NCBI GenBank assembly: GCA_041752695.1
Contig: JBGSVZ010000092.1
Span: 113,250 to 177,249 of the forward strand
Source of the DNA: Terrimicrobiaceae bacterium
GTDB taxonomy: Bacteria; Verrucomicrobiota; Verrucomicrobiia; Chthoniobacterales; Terrimicrobiaceae
Length of the DNA stretch: 64,000 nucleotides
Direction of reading: 5' to 3'
Below, one piece after another: positions 32,698-42,446 of this stretch; position 1 is the stretch's first letter, and every line of letters starts with the position of its first letter. The notes under the pieces are model-generated. The model was not told the DNA's origin. It saw only the letters and a list, made by a program, of their open reading frames with translations, and did no database searches. A program made the position numbers and the translations under genes.

Positions 32698-34740
32698 ATG
32701 AAAACTTTTGCCATCCGCTTATTGTGCGCCGTCCTGGGATGGATCGTGGTGGGATTCGCCAGCGCGTCTGAACTTCCGCCCGCCGAGGCGGTCAAGGTGC
32801 TTTCGCCAGCTTATGCGCGTTACCTGGATGTCGTTTCCCGCACGAAACAGCTGCGGAAAGCGGGAGACACCGCGGGCCTCGAAGCGCTCGCGGCGGAACT
32901 ACGCCAGAGCCGGGATGCGCTCGACGGTGGGACGTGGCTGCTTTCGCATTTCTACGGCACTGCCGTCTTGATCCCGGATGAGGAGCCGGCGGCGGGTGAA
33001 GCGATGATGTTTTATGAAACCTGGGCGAAGGAACGGCCGGAAAACATCACGGCCCAGGTGTGCCTGGCAAAGGCCCTGACGTCCTACGCCTGGACGGCGC
33101 GCGGCACCGGATGGGCCCGCACGGTCACTCCCGAAGGCTGGCGTCTGATGGAAGAACGTCTCGATCGCGCCTGGGACGTGCTGGAACGGGCGGGTGAGCT
33201 CGAGGAGGAATGTCCGGGTTGGTTCGAGGTCGGACAATCCGTCGGACTCGGGCAGGGTTGGGAGCGCGAAGACTATCTTGGTTTTGTCCAGGACGCCATT
33301 GCTCGCGAACCGACTTATGGCCGGTATTACACCAATGCCTGCTACTGGCTGTTGCCGCGCTGGCATGGCGAGGAGGGGGATTTTGAAAAATGGATCGCGG
33401 AGCAGGCGGATTCCCAGCCTGAGGATAAACGGGACTGGCAGTATGCCCGGCTGGTTTGGATGGCCAACATGATGCCGGTCAAAAAAGAATTGGTTTTTGC
33501 GCATGGGCGGCTCGATTGGGAGCGCACGAAACGAGGCTTCGAAGCGTGGCTGGCTTCGGATCCGGAGAACCTGAATGTGCGTTTCCAATACACCGGGCTC
33601 GCGCTTTTGGCGGGCGATCGGGAGACGGCTCGCGCGCAGTTCGATGTGACCGGAGGGAAATATTTTCCCGGCACGTGGAAGGACGTGGCGCAGTTCGAAC
33701 AGGCCAGGAAATTTGCCTACGAGGGCGGGGTGAATCCGCGGGCGGCGCAGAAACCGCAGCCGAAACCGCGGCGTGAAATTACCCCGGAGGCCAAGGCGAA
33801 AGTTGCGCTCATCCTGCGGGTCGCGGGAGGTTTTATGGGGGGTGCCTTGGCGGGTGCCTGTCTGCTGGTCCTGGCCATGCAACGTCGGGAAACCACGGCG
33901 GGTGTGGTGGCCCTCCTCGCTAGCCTGGTGGCGGGAGCGGCCTTTGGCACGCTGGCAACGTTGGTTCCGGCGGCGGCGCTTTATCTGTTTCTGCGGCGAA
34001 AAAAATTGACCCACCCGCCCGAACTTTTCCCCCCTTCCGGCTGGATGGTCCTGCTCTGGGTGGTGGTCCTGGCGGGCGCATTTCTGGTCTTCCAGGTCGG
34101 CGCGGTGGCGCTTTCCATGATTCCTTCCTTGCTGGAAGGTGCTGGTGCAATGAGCGATCAGGTCGTCATCGCGCTTAGTCGCGATGGTACCGTGTTCCGG
34201 CAGATCGTCCTGGCCGGATGGCTGTGTTTTCTGGGTCTGCTCATTGCCTGCCGTCCGCAAAACCGCGAGGGCTGGCAGCGGATCCTGGGTTTGCACGGTC
34301 TACGGTGGGGACCTGCGATTTGGTGGACGCTCGGGGTCGGGCTGGCTGTCACCGGCGTGGGGTATTTCGCCGAACCCTACATGGACGCCCAATCTCGCGA
34401 TGCGCTCATAATGATCGCCGAAGGGGTGCATTCGCCGTTCTGGTTTTTCCTGGCCGTGGCCGTGGTGGGTCCGGTCCATGAGGAGCTGATTTTCCGAGGG
34501 TATGCGTATTCCGGCTGGATCACCAAAATGGGCGTGTGGGGAGCCATCCTCGTGCCCGCGATCCTCTTCACTCTCTGCCACATCCAATACGGCTGGGTGG
34601 GCTTGCTTTATGTGTTCGTGATGGGATCGGCCCTGGGATTCCTACGCTGGAAAACGGGCAGCATTTATCCGAGTCTTGCCCTCCACATGTTCGCCAATCT
34701 CATCCATTGCGTGGAGGCCGCGGTTAAGGCCGGGATCTAG
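32698..34740 (+). CDS. Fusion of a DUF4034-like extracytoplasmic domain and a CAAX/CPBP intramembrane metalloprotease
   Basis: Signal peptide, YAWTARGTGWA and LLPRWHGEEG (DUF4034-like), multiple TM helices, GPVHEELIFRGY, FTLCH, HMFAN. Confidence 0.82.
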   Translation: MKTFAIRLLCAVLGWIVVGFASASELPPAEAVKVLSPAYARYLDVVSRTKQLRKAGDTAGLEALAAELRQSRDALDGGTWLLSHFYGTAVLIPDEEPAAGEAMMFYETWAKERPENITAQVCLAKALTSYAWTARGTGWARTVTPEGWRLMEERLDRAWDVLERAGELEEECPGWFEVGQSVGLGQGWEREDYLGFVQDAIAREPTYGRYYTNACYWLLPRWHGEEGDFEKWIAEQADSQPEDKRDWQYARLVWMANMMPVKKELVFAHGRLDWERTKRGFEAWLASDPENLNVRFQYTGLALLAGDRETARAQFDVTGGKYFPGTWKDVAQFEQARKFAYEGGVNPRAAQKPQPKPRREITPEAKAKVALILRVAGGFMGGALAGACLLVLAMQRRETTAGVVALLASLVAGAAFGTLATLVPAAALYLFLRRKKLTHPPELFPPSGWMVLLWVVVLAGAFLVFQVGAVALSMIPSLLEGAGAMSDQVVIALSRDGTVFRQIVLAGWLCFLGLLIACRPQNREGWQRILGLHGLRWGPAIWWTLGVGLAVTGVGYFAEPYMDAQSRDALIMIAEGVHSPFWFFLAVAVVGPVHEELIFRGYAYSGWITKMGVWGAILVPAILFTLCHIQYGWVGLLYVFVMGSALGFLRWKTGSIYPSLALHMFANLIHCVEAAVKAGI

Positions 34741-34838
34741 CCACGCATCGGGTGGGGCCCTGAAGAGGGGTGGGGGGAGGCAGCCAGGCGGGCTAACGGT
34801 TGCGATTCCGCAAGTCTGCGCAATCCCAAAGCAAACTC

Positions 34839-35279
34839 ATGAAAACTTCCGACCACTGCATCGCCATCTGTAACAAGCTTCTTCGGGGGGAACGCTCCGC
34901 GGTGGAAACCTACGACCAGGCCATCACCAAGTGCACGGACGAACCCGTCCTGGCCGAACTTCACCGCCTTCGGGGGGAACACAGTTTTTCCGTCAGCACC
35001 TTGGAAACCAATGTTCGTGCGATGGGAGGGCAGCCGGACGACAGTTCGGGATTGTGGGGAGCTTTTGCGAACGCAGTCCAGGGTACGGCTAATGCCCTCG
35101 GGGCCGACTTCGCTCTCGAAGTTCTTCAAAGTGGCGAAAAGAGCGGGCAACTCGACTATGAGGAGGCGTTGAGCGATGATTCCGTCATTCCGGAATGCAA
35201 GACTCTCATCCGGTCCGAACTCCTCCCGAAACTTCAGGAGCACATCGACGCGCTGGAACGGTTGCAGCAGGTCGCCTGA
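34839..35279 (+). CDS. PA2169/DUF2383-like four-helix (ferritin-like) protein
   Basis: NKLLRGERSAVETYDQAI, GGQPDDSSGLWGAFA, GEKSGQLDYEEAL. Confidence 0.8.
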   Translation: MKTSDHCIAICNKLLRGERSAVETYDQAITKCTDEPVLAELHRLRGEHSFSVSTLETNVRAMGGQPDDSSGLWGAFANAVQGTANALGADFALEVLQSGEKSGQLDYEEALSDDSVIPECKTLIRSELLPKLQEHIDALERLQQVA

Positions 35280-35576
35280 AGGGCGGCCCCGGGATGGCTC
35301 TCGTCCGCGGTTGGGAGCATAAATAGTTGAAAATGGCGGCGTTTGCGCTCTCGAACCCCACCGGTTGTGGTGTCAATTTTGACACACCACAACTTTTTGA
35401 TTGTATCTCCGGCCGGTCGGGATAAATCAAAAGCCAGCTTTGAGCCGTCTCTGTATCCAGAACGCTTCGATTGGGGCCGGAAATCCTTTAGGTGTTTCCT
35501 CGTATTCGCCCCGGCTTTTTCGTCCGCCTGTCCCGGCAAACCCGAAGTCTGCCGCTGATTTTCTCAACCCAATACC

Positions 35577-37103
35577 ATGCACCGACCTGCCCTGATGGAA
35601 ATTCCCGAGGACCAGAGCCTCAATCTGCCAAACCCCGTAAAGGCCCCGAAGTCGGGCACCGCGAAAAACTTCGTGTTGGACACCAACGTCCTGCTGCACG
35701 ACCCGAACAGCCTCAATCGCTTCGAAAATAACCACGTTTTCATCCCGGTGGAGGTCCTGTCCGAACTCGACCGCTTCAAGAACGAACAGACCGAACGCGG
35801 CGCCAACGCGCGCACGGTTCATCGTTCTCTCACCAAAATCTTCGGCCGCAACGCCCGCAAGGTCACCCGCGGGGTGGAGACGGCCGGGGGCGGCTCCGTG
35901 CGCATCCTGATCAACGAGGCCATCGGCAAATCCGCCGCCGCTTCGACGGCGATGAAACGTTTTCTGAAGATTTTCCCGGATCAGGAGCGGATGGATCACC
36001 GCATCATCGGTGCCTGCCTCGCCCTGGCGGAAATCGAGGAAGCTCCGACCATCCTCGTTACCAAGGACCTCAACATGCAGCTCAAGGCCCTCGCCATCGG
36101 GCTCACCTGCGAGGATTACCTGAACGACAAGGTCGCGGTGAAAGACGCCGAGGGTTATGAAATCCGCTCTGTCAACGTGGAGGCGCACGAACTCCAGCGG
36201 TTTGGCAGTTCCCGCAGCCTGCTGATCGATGCGGTACGCACCGGGCCGCTTGAGATCAACGAATATGTCCTGCTCCGTGCGGCTGAACACAAACTCATGC
36301 CCGCCCGGCACATTGGCGGTGGGGAGTTTATCCGGCTCAACATTCCGCAATCCCTGCAAATGCCCCGTGGCATCGAACTCCGTCCCGCCAACGCAGGTCA
36401 GCAATGTTTCATCGACGCCCTGCTCGACCCCGGCATCTCTCTAATTACGTGCTACGGCCAGGCCGGCACGGGCAAAACGCTGATGGCCGTTGCCGCCGGC
36501 CTTTTCCTCACCGCGCAGAAACAATTCAACGGCATGACCGTGAGCCGTCCCGTCGTGGCCATGGGGGACACCCTCGGTTTCCTGCCGGGCACCCTCAACG
36601 AAAAAATGCACCCCTGGCTGCAATCCATCTACGACGCCTGCGAGGTGCTCCTGCCTCTCAATCCGCCGAAAGCCGATGGCAAAGCCCGCGCTTCCGACCG
36701 CAAAAAACAGGGTCCCGAAGACCACCGCTCGCAACAGTCCAAGCCCGGCGAACAGCGCGGCATCATGAAACCCTACGAGCAGTTGATCGAGCGGGGACTC
36801 CTGGAGATCGAAGCGCTTTGCTACATCCGCGGTCGCTCCATCCCGAACCGCTTCTTCGTCCTCGACGAAGCCCAGCAACTCACGCCGCTCGAAGCAAAAA
36901 CGGTCGTCACCCGCATGTCCCGCGGCTCGAAGTTGGTCATGGTGGGCGACCCCGCCCAGATCGACAACCCCTACGTGGATAGCCGTTCCAATGGTCTCGT
37001 CTATACCCGTAACCGCCTCCGCGGCCAGAACATCACCGCCCACATCTGCCTCACCAAGGGCGAACGCAGTGCCCTGGCGGAACTTGGGGCGAAGATGATG
37101 TGA
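35577..37103 (+). CDS. PIN-PhoH fusion (PhoH2/YlaK-like)
   Basis: FVLDTNVLLHDP, VTKDLNM, GQAGTGKT, GFLPG, YIRGRSI, DEAQ, GDPAQID. Confidence 0.92.
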   Translation: MHRPALMEIPEDQSLNLPNPVKAPKSGTAKNFVLDTNVLLHDPNSLNRFENNHVFIPVEVLSELDRFKNEQTERGANARTVHRSLTKIFGRNARKVTRGVETAGGGSVRILINEAIGKSAAASTAMKRFLKIFPDQERMDHRIIGACLALAEIEEAPTILVTKDLNMQLKALAIGLTCEDYLNDKVAVKDAEGYEIRSVNVEAHELQRFGSSRSLLIDAVRTGPLEINEYVLLRAAEHKLMPARHIGGGEFIRLNIPQSLQMPRGIELRPANAGQQCFIDALLDPGISLITCYGQAGTGKTLMAVAAGLFLTAQKQFNGMTVSRPVVAMGDTLGFLPGTLNEKMHPWLQSIYDACEVLLPLNPPKADGKARASDRKKQGPEDHRSQQSKPGEQRGIMKPYEQLIERGLLEIEALCYIRGRSIPNRFFVLDEAQQLTPLEAKTVVTRMSRGSKLVMVGDPAQIDNPYVDSRSNGLVYTRNRLRGQNITAHICLTKGERSALAELGAKMM

Positions 37104-37110
37104 GCGAGAA

Positions 37111-37926
37111 TCACGGTTCCCCCACCGTCGGGTCCGGCAGGGAGATCGCCTCGTCGCGCATGGCCCGGGTGAGAATTTCCTTTCCGGTCGGCACGGCCTC
37201 GCGTGCCATACCGCGATAGCGCATGGGTTTGTAGCCAAGGGCCAGGATTTTATCCAGGGGAGCTTCTTTCAACGCCGGTTTCCAATCAGGCACGCCGCCG
37301 GTTTCGTAAAAGTAGATCCACGATTTGTCCGGCCGGGCCCAGCCGGCAAAAAGTCGGGAATGGGTGCGCGGGATGTTCAGTACATCGCCGGGCTGCATGT
37401 CGGGCGGATTCGACAGCACGTCACACACCGATGGGAGCTGAGTCGAATCATGCACCACCGGCAGTTTGAGGCAGCGCGAGACAAACCCCGAGCAATCCAC
37501 CCCCGCCGCCTGCGTGCTCACGGCCGCATTGTCGGCGGCACGTTTGGCCGGACTCGATACGTCACCCGCCGCGCGGCCCTCGGCCACGGCTTGATCGAAA
37601 GTGTCGAGGTCGTCGAATCCTCCCCATTTGTAAGGCACCCCTGTATTGACCTCTCCTGGAAGCCACCAGCCGTCGCGGCCATTGGGAGGACGGAATCCGG
37701 CATCGGGAGTATCCACGCGCACGCCAGCCGGGTCCGGGCCGTGCAGAATATTACGGGCGAAGGGCCGCCAGGGGTGCTTGCAGTAGGATTGGGCAATGGC
37801 CAGCGCCTCCTTCGGCGTCACTTGCGAAGGTGCGGCCGGATCGCCGGGCAGCAAGGCGGCGCGTGGTGCATCCGGCACGCTGGCGCATCCGGCAAAAACA
37901 ACAACAATGGCGCATAGGCGAAACAT
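37111..37926 (-). CDS. NlpC/P60-like cysteine hydrolase, probable lipoprotein
   Basis: Lipobox-like VFAGC, GVPYKWGG, GVDCSGFVS, PGDVLN...HSRLF. ATG 37926. Confidence 0.75.
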   Translation of the reverse strand: MFRLCAIVVVFAGCASVPDAPRAALLPGDPAAPSQVTPKEALAIAQSYCKHPWRPFARNILHGPDPAGVRVDTPDAGFRPPNGRDGWWLPGEVNTGVPYKWGGFDDLDTFDQAVAEGRAAGDVSSPAKRAADNAAVSTQAAGVDCSGFVSRCLKLPVVHDSTQLPSVCDVLSNPPDMQPGDVLNIPRTHSRLFAGWARPDKSWIYFYETGGVPDWKPALKEAPLDKILALGYKPMRYRGMAREAVPTGKEILTRAMRDEAISLPDPTVGEP

Positions 37927-37969
37927 GAGAACTTGCCGCGAACCGGCCCCCGCATTCATAGTCCGTCCG

Positions 37970-39409
37970 ATGCGGAAGAAAAGCCGATTTGCCTGCGGCC
38001 CTGCCGACCGTTGGGGCCCCGCCCTTAGGCTGCTCCGACTGGGAAACACGCTAAAGCGTGGACTCCAACATGCCGCCATCGCGATTGTCCTCGCCATCCC
38101 CGCCCAGGCAGCGCAGCGCACCGCCCTCGTCATTGGCAACGACCGTTACGAATCCGGTGCCGGGCCGCTGCGAAATTCCGGCAACGACGCCCGGGCCGTG
38201 GCCCGCGCTCTCCGTCAGCTCAATTTCGAGGTGCTCGAACGCCACGACGTCACTCGTGATCAACTCCTCAAAGCCGTCGCCGAATTCCGTAAGACTCTCC
38301 CCGGTGCGCAGGTCGGCCTCTTTTACTACGCCGGCCACGGCCTCTCCGTCGGTGGCGCAAACTACCTCGTGCCCGTCAAATCCGGCTTTGCCTCTGACGC
38401 CTTCGACGAAGTCGCCCTTCGCCTCCAGGCCGAAACCCGCCTCCTCAACGCCGAACAAATCGTCGCCGACATGAACTCCGCCGGGGCCGGTTGCAACCTC
38501 ATCATCCTCGACGCCTGCCGCAACACTCCTCTTGCCCGCCGGACGAATACGCGGTCGTTCGCGACCCGCGGCGGTCTTTCCGAAATGACGCCGCCCGCCG
38601 GCTCCCTCATCGCTTTCGCCACCGATGCCGGTCGCGTGGCCTTTGACGGCGACGGCTCCAACGGCCTCTACACCGAGGAACTCCTAAAAAACCTCCTCAC
38701 CCCCGGCCTCACCATCGAGCAAGTCTTCAAACGTACCCGCGCCGGAGTGTTGAAACGCTCCGACGGCGGCCAGATCCCCGCCGAATACTCCCGCCTCGTC
38801 GGCGAAGACATCTTCCTTGCCGGGGTCGCTCCGCCCTCTCTTCCGCCCCCTGCTCCTGAACTGGCCCCTGCTCTCGGTCCCGGTGCCCCCGATATCCTCA
38901 CCCTCGCCAAAGCCGGCCGCACCGAAGAGACCCTCGCCGCCCTCCGTGCCGCGGATGGGGCTGGTGACCCCGCTGCCGCGCTCGAAGTTCTCCTCGACCA
39001 AGTCAAAGACGACCTCAAGGAAAGCAAAGGCCCCTCATCCCGCGTCGTCTCGGCCGAGAACTCTTGCGCCCTCATCGTGGTTGCTCTCCCGGACCTCTTA
39101 CCCGCTGACAACCCCCGCCATGCCGAACTCACCGCCAAAGCCCACAACCGCCGCGGTGACGCCCTCCTCCTGCTCGGCCGCCCCCGCGAAGCCCTCGCCG
39201 CCTTCGACGCCGCCCAACCCCTCGCGCCGACGGATCCATACATCCTCTTCAACCGCGGCCGCGCCCACCTTGTCCTCGGCGACAAAACCGCCGCCCGCGC
39301 CGACTTCACCGCGGCCGCCGACCCCAAATTCGACAAACCCGTCGCTCGAAAACTCGCCCGCGAGGCGCTGGATCGGATGGAGGAGAAGCAGCGCCCGCCC
39401 GCCCGCTGA
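37970..39409 (+). CDS. Caspase-like (peptidase C14) protein with C-terminal TPR repeats
   Basis: ALVIGNDRY, FYYAGHG and ILDACR catalytic dyad; TPR AHNRRGDALLLLGR...FNRGRAHL. Start codon uncertain. Confidence 0.88.
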   Translation: MRKKSRFACGPADRWGPALRLLRLGNTLKRGLQHAAIAIVLAIPAQAAQRTALVIGNDRYESGAGPLRNSGNDARAVARALRQLNFEVLERHDVTRDQLLKAVAEFRKTLPGAQVGLFYYAGHGLSVGGANYLVPVKSGFASDAFDEVALRLQAETRLLNAEQIVADMNSAGAGCNLIILDACRNTPLARRTNTRSFATRGGLSEMTPPAGSLIAFATDAGRVAFDGDGSNGLYTEELLKNLLTPGLTIEQVFKRTRAGVLKRSDGGQIPAEYSRLVGEDIFLAGVAPPSLPPPAPELAPALGPGAPDILTLAKAGRTEETLAALRAADGAGDPAAALEVLLDQVKDDLKESKGPSSRVVSAENSCALIVVALPDLLPADNPRHAELTAKAHNRRGDALLLLGRPREALAAFDAAQPLAPTDPYILFNRGRAHLVLGDKTAARADFTAAADPKFDKPVARKLAREALDRMEEKQRPPAR

Positions 39410-39415
39410 CACATT

Positions 39416-39471
39416 GTAGGCCGTCGCGCTGCGACGGCAGGGGTTGGAGCCGCCCCGGCGGTGCGGGCTAC
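39416..39471. repeat. Inverted pair of GTAG-type REP-like palindromes
   Basis: GTAG-GCCGTCGC-GCT-GCGACGGC on the plus strand and GTAG-CCCGCACCGCCGGGGCGG on the minus strand, between convergent genes. Confidence 0.55.
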
Positions 39472-39494
39472 AGCTTGGGGAAGGATCACCCTGC

Positions 39495-40292
39495 CTAAAG
39501 CCAACCCTCCTTCTCCAGCACCGCTTCCACAATGGCCCGCGCGTCCTTGCCCATCAGCCCTTTGCCTTGGACGAGGCAGGCGAAGGCCAGGGTTTTGCCG
39601 TTGCTTTCCACATAACCCACGAACCACCCCATCACATAGTTGCCCGAACCGTCTCCTGCGGTGCCGGTCTTGCCATAGAGGGTTCCGCGTAGAGTGGAGC
39701 GGACTTCCATAATGTCCTTCACTACGGCTTGGGATTTTTCGGAGAAAGGAACATCGGCGGTGGCAAGCCGGGCGGTGAGGGCGGCTTGTTCGGCAGGGGA
39801 GATGAGAAGGGTTTTCCGGCCGGAGGCGGGGAGCCAGAAGACATCAATGCCCGCGGATATGTCCCGGTCGCCGTAGCCGAGTTTGTCGAGTGCGGCCTGC
39901 ATGCGCTTGGGTCCGATCTTGCGGGCGAGATCCTGAAAGGCGGGGACACAGGAAAATCGGAACGCGTCTTTTAAGTTGAGGTTTTTGTTCCATTCGGGAA
40001 GGAAACGTTTTTCACCGTCCCAATGATAAAACTCCTCGTCGGCGGAGGTGAGGATCCCGTTTTCCAGTCCGATGAGAGTATTCCAGATCTTGAAGGTGGA
40101 GCAGGGGGCGAATTTTTCCTGCGCGACCTCGGGGCGAAAAACGCTCGTCGTTTTCGCGTCGGTATCGACCAGCACAAGGGTCCCCTGGGTGCTTCCAAAG
40201 ACTTGGCCAACGGTCGCTTCCGGGATGGGGAAGGAGAAGAGGGAGGCCGCGGCCAGGAGGGAGGCCGCGAAGGAAAGAAGAGGGATATTCAC
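39495..40292 (-). CDS. Class D beta-lactamase (OXA-like) or BlaR-type penicillin-binding domain protein
   Basis: PCSTFKI (SxxK), FSCVP (SxV), YGD, FWL, GKTG, GWFVG, signal peptide. GTG start at 40292. Confidence 0.88.
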   Translation of the reverse strand: MNIPLLSFAASLLAAASLFSFPIPEATVGQVFGSTQGTLVLVDTDAKTTSVFRPEVAQEKFAPCSTFKIWNTLIGLENGILTSADEEFYHWDGEKRFLPEWNKNLNLKDAFRFSCVPAFQDLARKIGPKRMQAALDKLGYGDRDISAGIDVFWLPASGRKTLLISPAEQAALTARLATADVPFSEKSQAVVKDIMEVRSTLRGTLYGKTGTAGDGSGNYVMGWFVGYVESNGKTLAFACLVQGKGLMGKDARAIVEAVLEKEGWL

Positions 40293-40306
40293 AAAAAACG
40301 GAGAAG

Positions 40307-40600
40307 CTAGGCGGCGTAGGCCAGCCAGGCATAAAAGGCGACGATGCCAATTGCGACGAGAACGCCGCTGGTCTGGACGATGCGGGGTGTCACCGGACTG
40401 CGGATCAGATTTTCGGTCAGGCCCGCGATGATCCACCAGGCCAGGGGGACTCCGAGCAGCCAGATGGCATTTTGGGCCAGGAAGGTGCGAAGGTGTGCTG
40501 CGTGACTGGGATCCGCCCCTTGCACCCGGGAAAGGGCGATCATGGCCAAGGTGCCGAGCGCGATAAAGGCAAACTGCGTGAGGGCGATCACGTTTGTCAT
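40307..40600 (-). CDS. Small three-TM membrane protein
   Basis: Three hydrophobic segments; co-directional and tightly spaced with its neighbours. Confidence 0.65.
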   Translation of the reverse strand: MTNVIALTQFAFIALGTLAMIALSRVQGADPSHAAHLRTFLAQNAIWLLGVPLAWWIIAGLTENLIRSPVTPRIVQTSGVLVAIGIVAFYAWLAYAA

Positions 40601-40723
40601 GCGGGCAAAATGCCGTCCTGGGACGGGCAAGGCGAGTCTAAAAGGGGGGCGACTTGCCAGTTGCCAATCGTTTAGAGCCCTGCGCTTCGCGAGGGTGGGG
40701 CGGTGTCCGGCAACCCGCCGCTC

Positions 40724-41062
40724 TTAAATGTCGAGGTGCGGGGTCACGCTCGCCTGGAGGGCATCGATGAGTTCCGGCTGCATGAAGGTGTAGTCGTCGG
40801 GAATGCCGAGGGTGATGACGCGCTTGTTCTCAAGGGCCTCGGGATATTTCCGGCGGAGGCGGGCGAGGTGAGATTTTTCCATCACAAAAATCAGGTCGGC
40901 CCAGCCGATATGTCCTTCGGTGACCACGATGCGCGCTTCGGGCTGCGTGCCCGCCGACCGCACCTGGTAGCCGGGCAGGCCGCGAAAAATCTCCTCTGCC
41001 GTGAGGCTGCGCAGCCGATTCCGGCTACAGATGAAAAGGAGCTTTGTGGGGTGTGGAGGCAT
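40724..41062 (-). CDS. Low-molecular-weight phosphotyrosine phosphatase-like protein
   Basis: P-loop LFICSRNRLRS, SAGT, WADLIFVME, IPDDY. Confidence 0.88.
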   Translation of the reverse strand: MPPHPTKLLFICSRNRLRSLTAEEIFRGLPGYQVRSAGTQPEARIVVTEGHIGWADLIFVMEKSHLARLRRKYPEALENKRVITLGIPDDYTFMQPELIDALQASVTPHLDI

Positions 41063-41177
41063 GGGGAAGGCAGAAGAAAATTTTAACCGCTGATCTCGCG
41101 GATGAGACGGATGCGGAAAGCAGAGGACGATGCTTTTCGGAAACCCAGATATTCACCGCTTGCGTAGAAGCCACCGA

Positions 41178-41219
41178 CCGCGTTCGGCGTTGCCTTCCTA
41201 AACTTGAGCGTTCAGCGTT
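41178..41219 (-). repeat. Heptamer array (interrupted) after the 41234-41785 gene
   Basis: Minus strand reads AACGCTG AACGCTC AAGTTTA GGAAGGC AACGCCG AACGCGG, keeping the 7-nt phase. Confidence 0.75.
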
Positions 41220-41233
41220 GCGCGCGCAGCGCG

Positions 41234-41785
41234 TCAGCGTTCTTCGAGGGAGACGCTTTTGATATCCACGGAGCCTTCGCCGGGTGGGAGGCAGATGGCG
41301 AGGGTTTCGGTAGCTTTGGGTTTGAGATGCGAGAACTTGGCCGTGATCGTCTGCCAGCCGGAGGAGGCTTTGAGGGCGATCGGCCGATAGTGCCAGTGGC
41401 CGCCGTCGGAGAGTTGGAGGAGAAGCGGAGTCTCGGGGAAAAGACGTTCGGCGGCTTTGTATTCGCCGCCTTCGCGGAAGTCTTCGGCGGCGTATTCTTT
41501 CGACTCGGGCAGTGGGGCGAAGTCCGCGGAACTCTGCAACTCCAGCCGGAGCGATGCACCGGTCATTCCTTTGCCGGGCCGGAGGCGATGTTCCAGGACT
41601 GACCAGCGGTTTTTGGCGAGTTTCACCCGGAGAACAGCAGTGGCCTTGTCTCCGGGTGTCAGGAAAACAACCTCCCCGGGGCCCTGCCAGGCTGCCTTGC
41701 CCGCGGTAAAGTCCGTGGACTTGACAAGCTCCTCCGCTACTGCGGCGGAAAGGCTAAGGGTAAGCACAAGGAAAACGGCCTTCAT
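41234..41785 (-). CDS. Hypothetical secreted protein (beta-sandwich-like)
   Basis: Signal peptide MKAVFLVLTLSLSAAVA; starts 4 nt after the pyrE stop. Confidence 0.7.
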   Translation of the reverse strand: MKAVFLVLTLSLSAAVAEELVKSTDFTAGKAAWQGPGEVVFLTPGDKATAVLRVKLAKNRWSVLEHRLRPGKGMTGASLRLELQSSADFAPLPESKEYAAEDFREGGEYKAAERLFPETPLLLQLSDGGHWHYRPIALKASSGWQTITAKFSHLKPKATETLAICLPPGEGSVDIKSVSLEER

Positions 41786-41789
41786 CGGC

Positions 41790-42356
41790 CTATTTGCTTC
41801 CCGGCTTGATGGCGGGAATGCCCGCGAGGTCGGCGGGGATGGCGTCGGGCGCGAAGGTCTCGACGTTCATTTGGACAAGCGAAACAAAGGGACACCCAAA
41901 GTCGGGCAGGGAGCCGCCGCTGCGATCCACGATGGATCCTGCAGCCACGACGATGCCGCCAAGGTCACGCACGATCTGGATGGTTTCCTGCACCCGCCCA
42001 CCGCGGGTGACGACATCCTCGGCGACCAGAAATTTCTCGCCGGGGGTGATGGTGAAACCGCGACGCAGAATGAGTCCGCCGTCGCCGTCCTTCTCGACAA
42101 AAATGTGTTTTTTGCCCAGATGCCGGGCGACCTCCTGACCGACAATGATGCCGCCGACGGCCGGGGAAATCACCGTCGTGGCCTCATGATGGCCGAGCTT
42201 TTCCGCAAGCAACCCGCAGACGTGAGCGGCAATGGTGGCATCCTGAAGGAGGAGGGCGCATTGGAAAAATTCGCGACTGTGCAATCCGGAACGAAGCACG
42301 AAATGGCCGTGGAGGAGCGCACCGGTCTGGCGGAAGAGATCAAGGACGGGAGACAT
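41790..42356 (-). CDS. pyrE: Orotate phosphoribosyltransferase
   Basis: GHFVLRSGLHS, PRPP-binding VAEDVVTRGG, IVDRS. Confidence 0.93.
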   Translation of the reverse strand: MSPVLDLFRQTGALLHGHFVLRSGLHSREFFQCALLLQDATIAAHVCGLLAEKLGHHEATTVISPAVGGIIVGQEVARHLGKKHIFVEKDGDGGLILRRGFTITPGEKFLVAEDVVTRGGRVQETIQIVRDLGGIVVAAGSIVDRSGGSLPDFGCPFVSLVQMNVETFAPDAIPADLAGIPAIKPGSK

Positions 42357-42393
42357 GGACTTGGGAAGTGAGAAGTTCGGAGTTGGCAGTATG

Positions 42394-42432
42394 ACTTCGG
42401 CGTTCAGAGTTGAGCGTTCAGCGTTCGGCGTT
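42394..42432 (-). repeat. Heptamer array after parA
   Basis: Minus strand reads AACGCCG AACGCTG AACGCTC AACTCTG AACGCCG AAGT, 14 nt after the stop codon. Confidence 0.9.
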
Positions 42433-42446
42433 CAAGGCTTCCTTGC

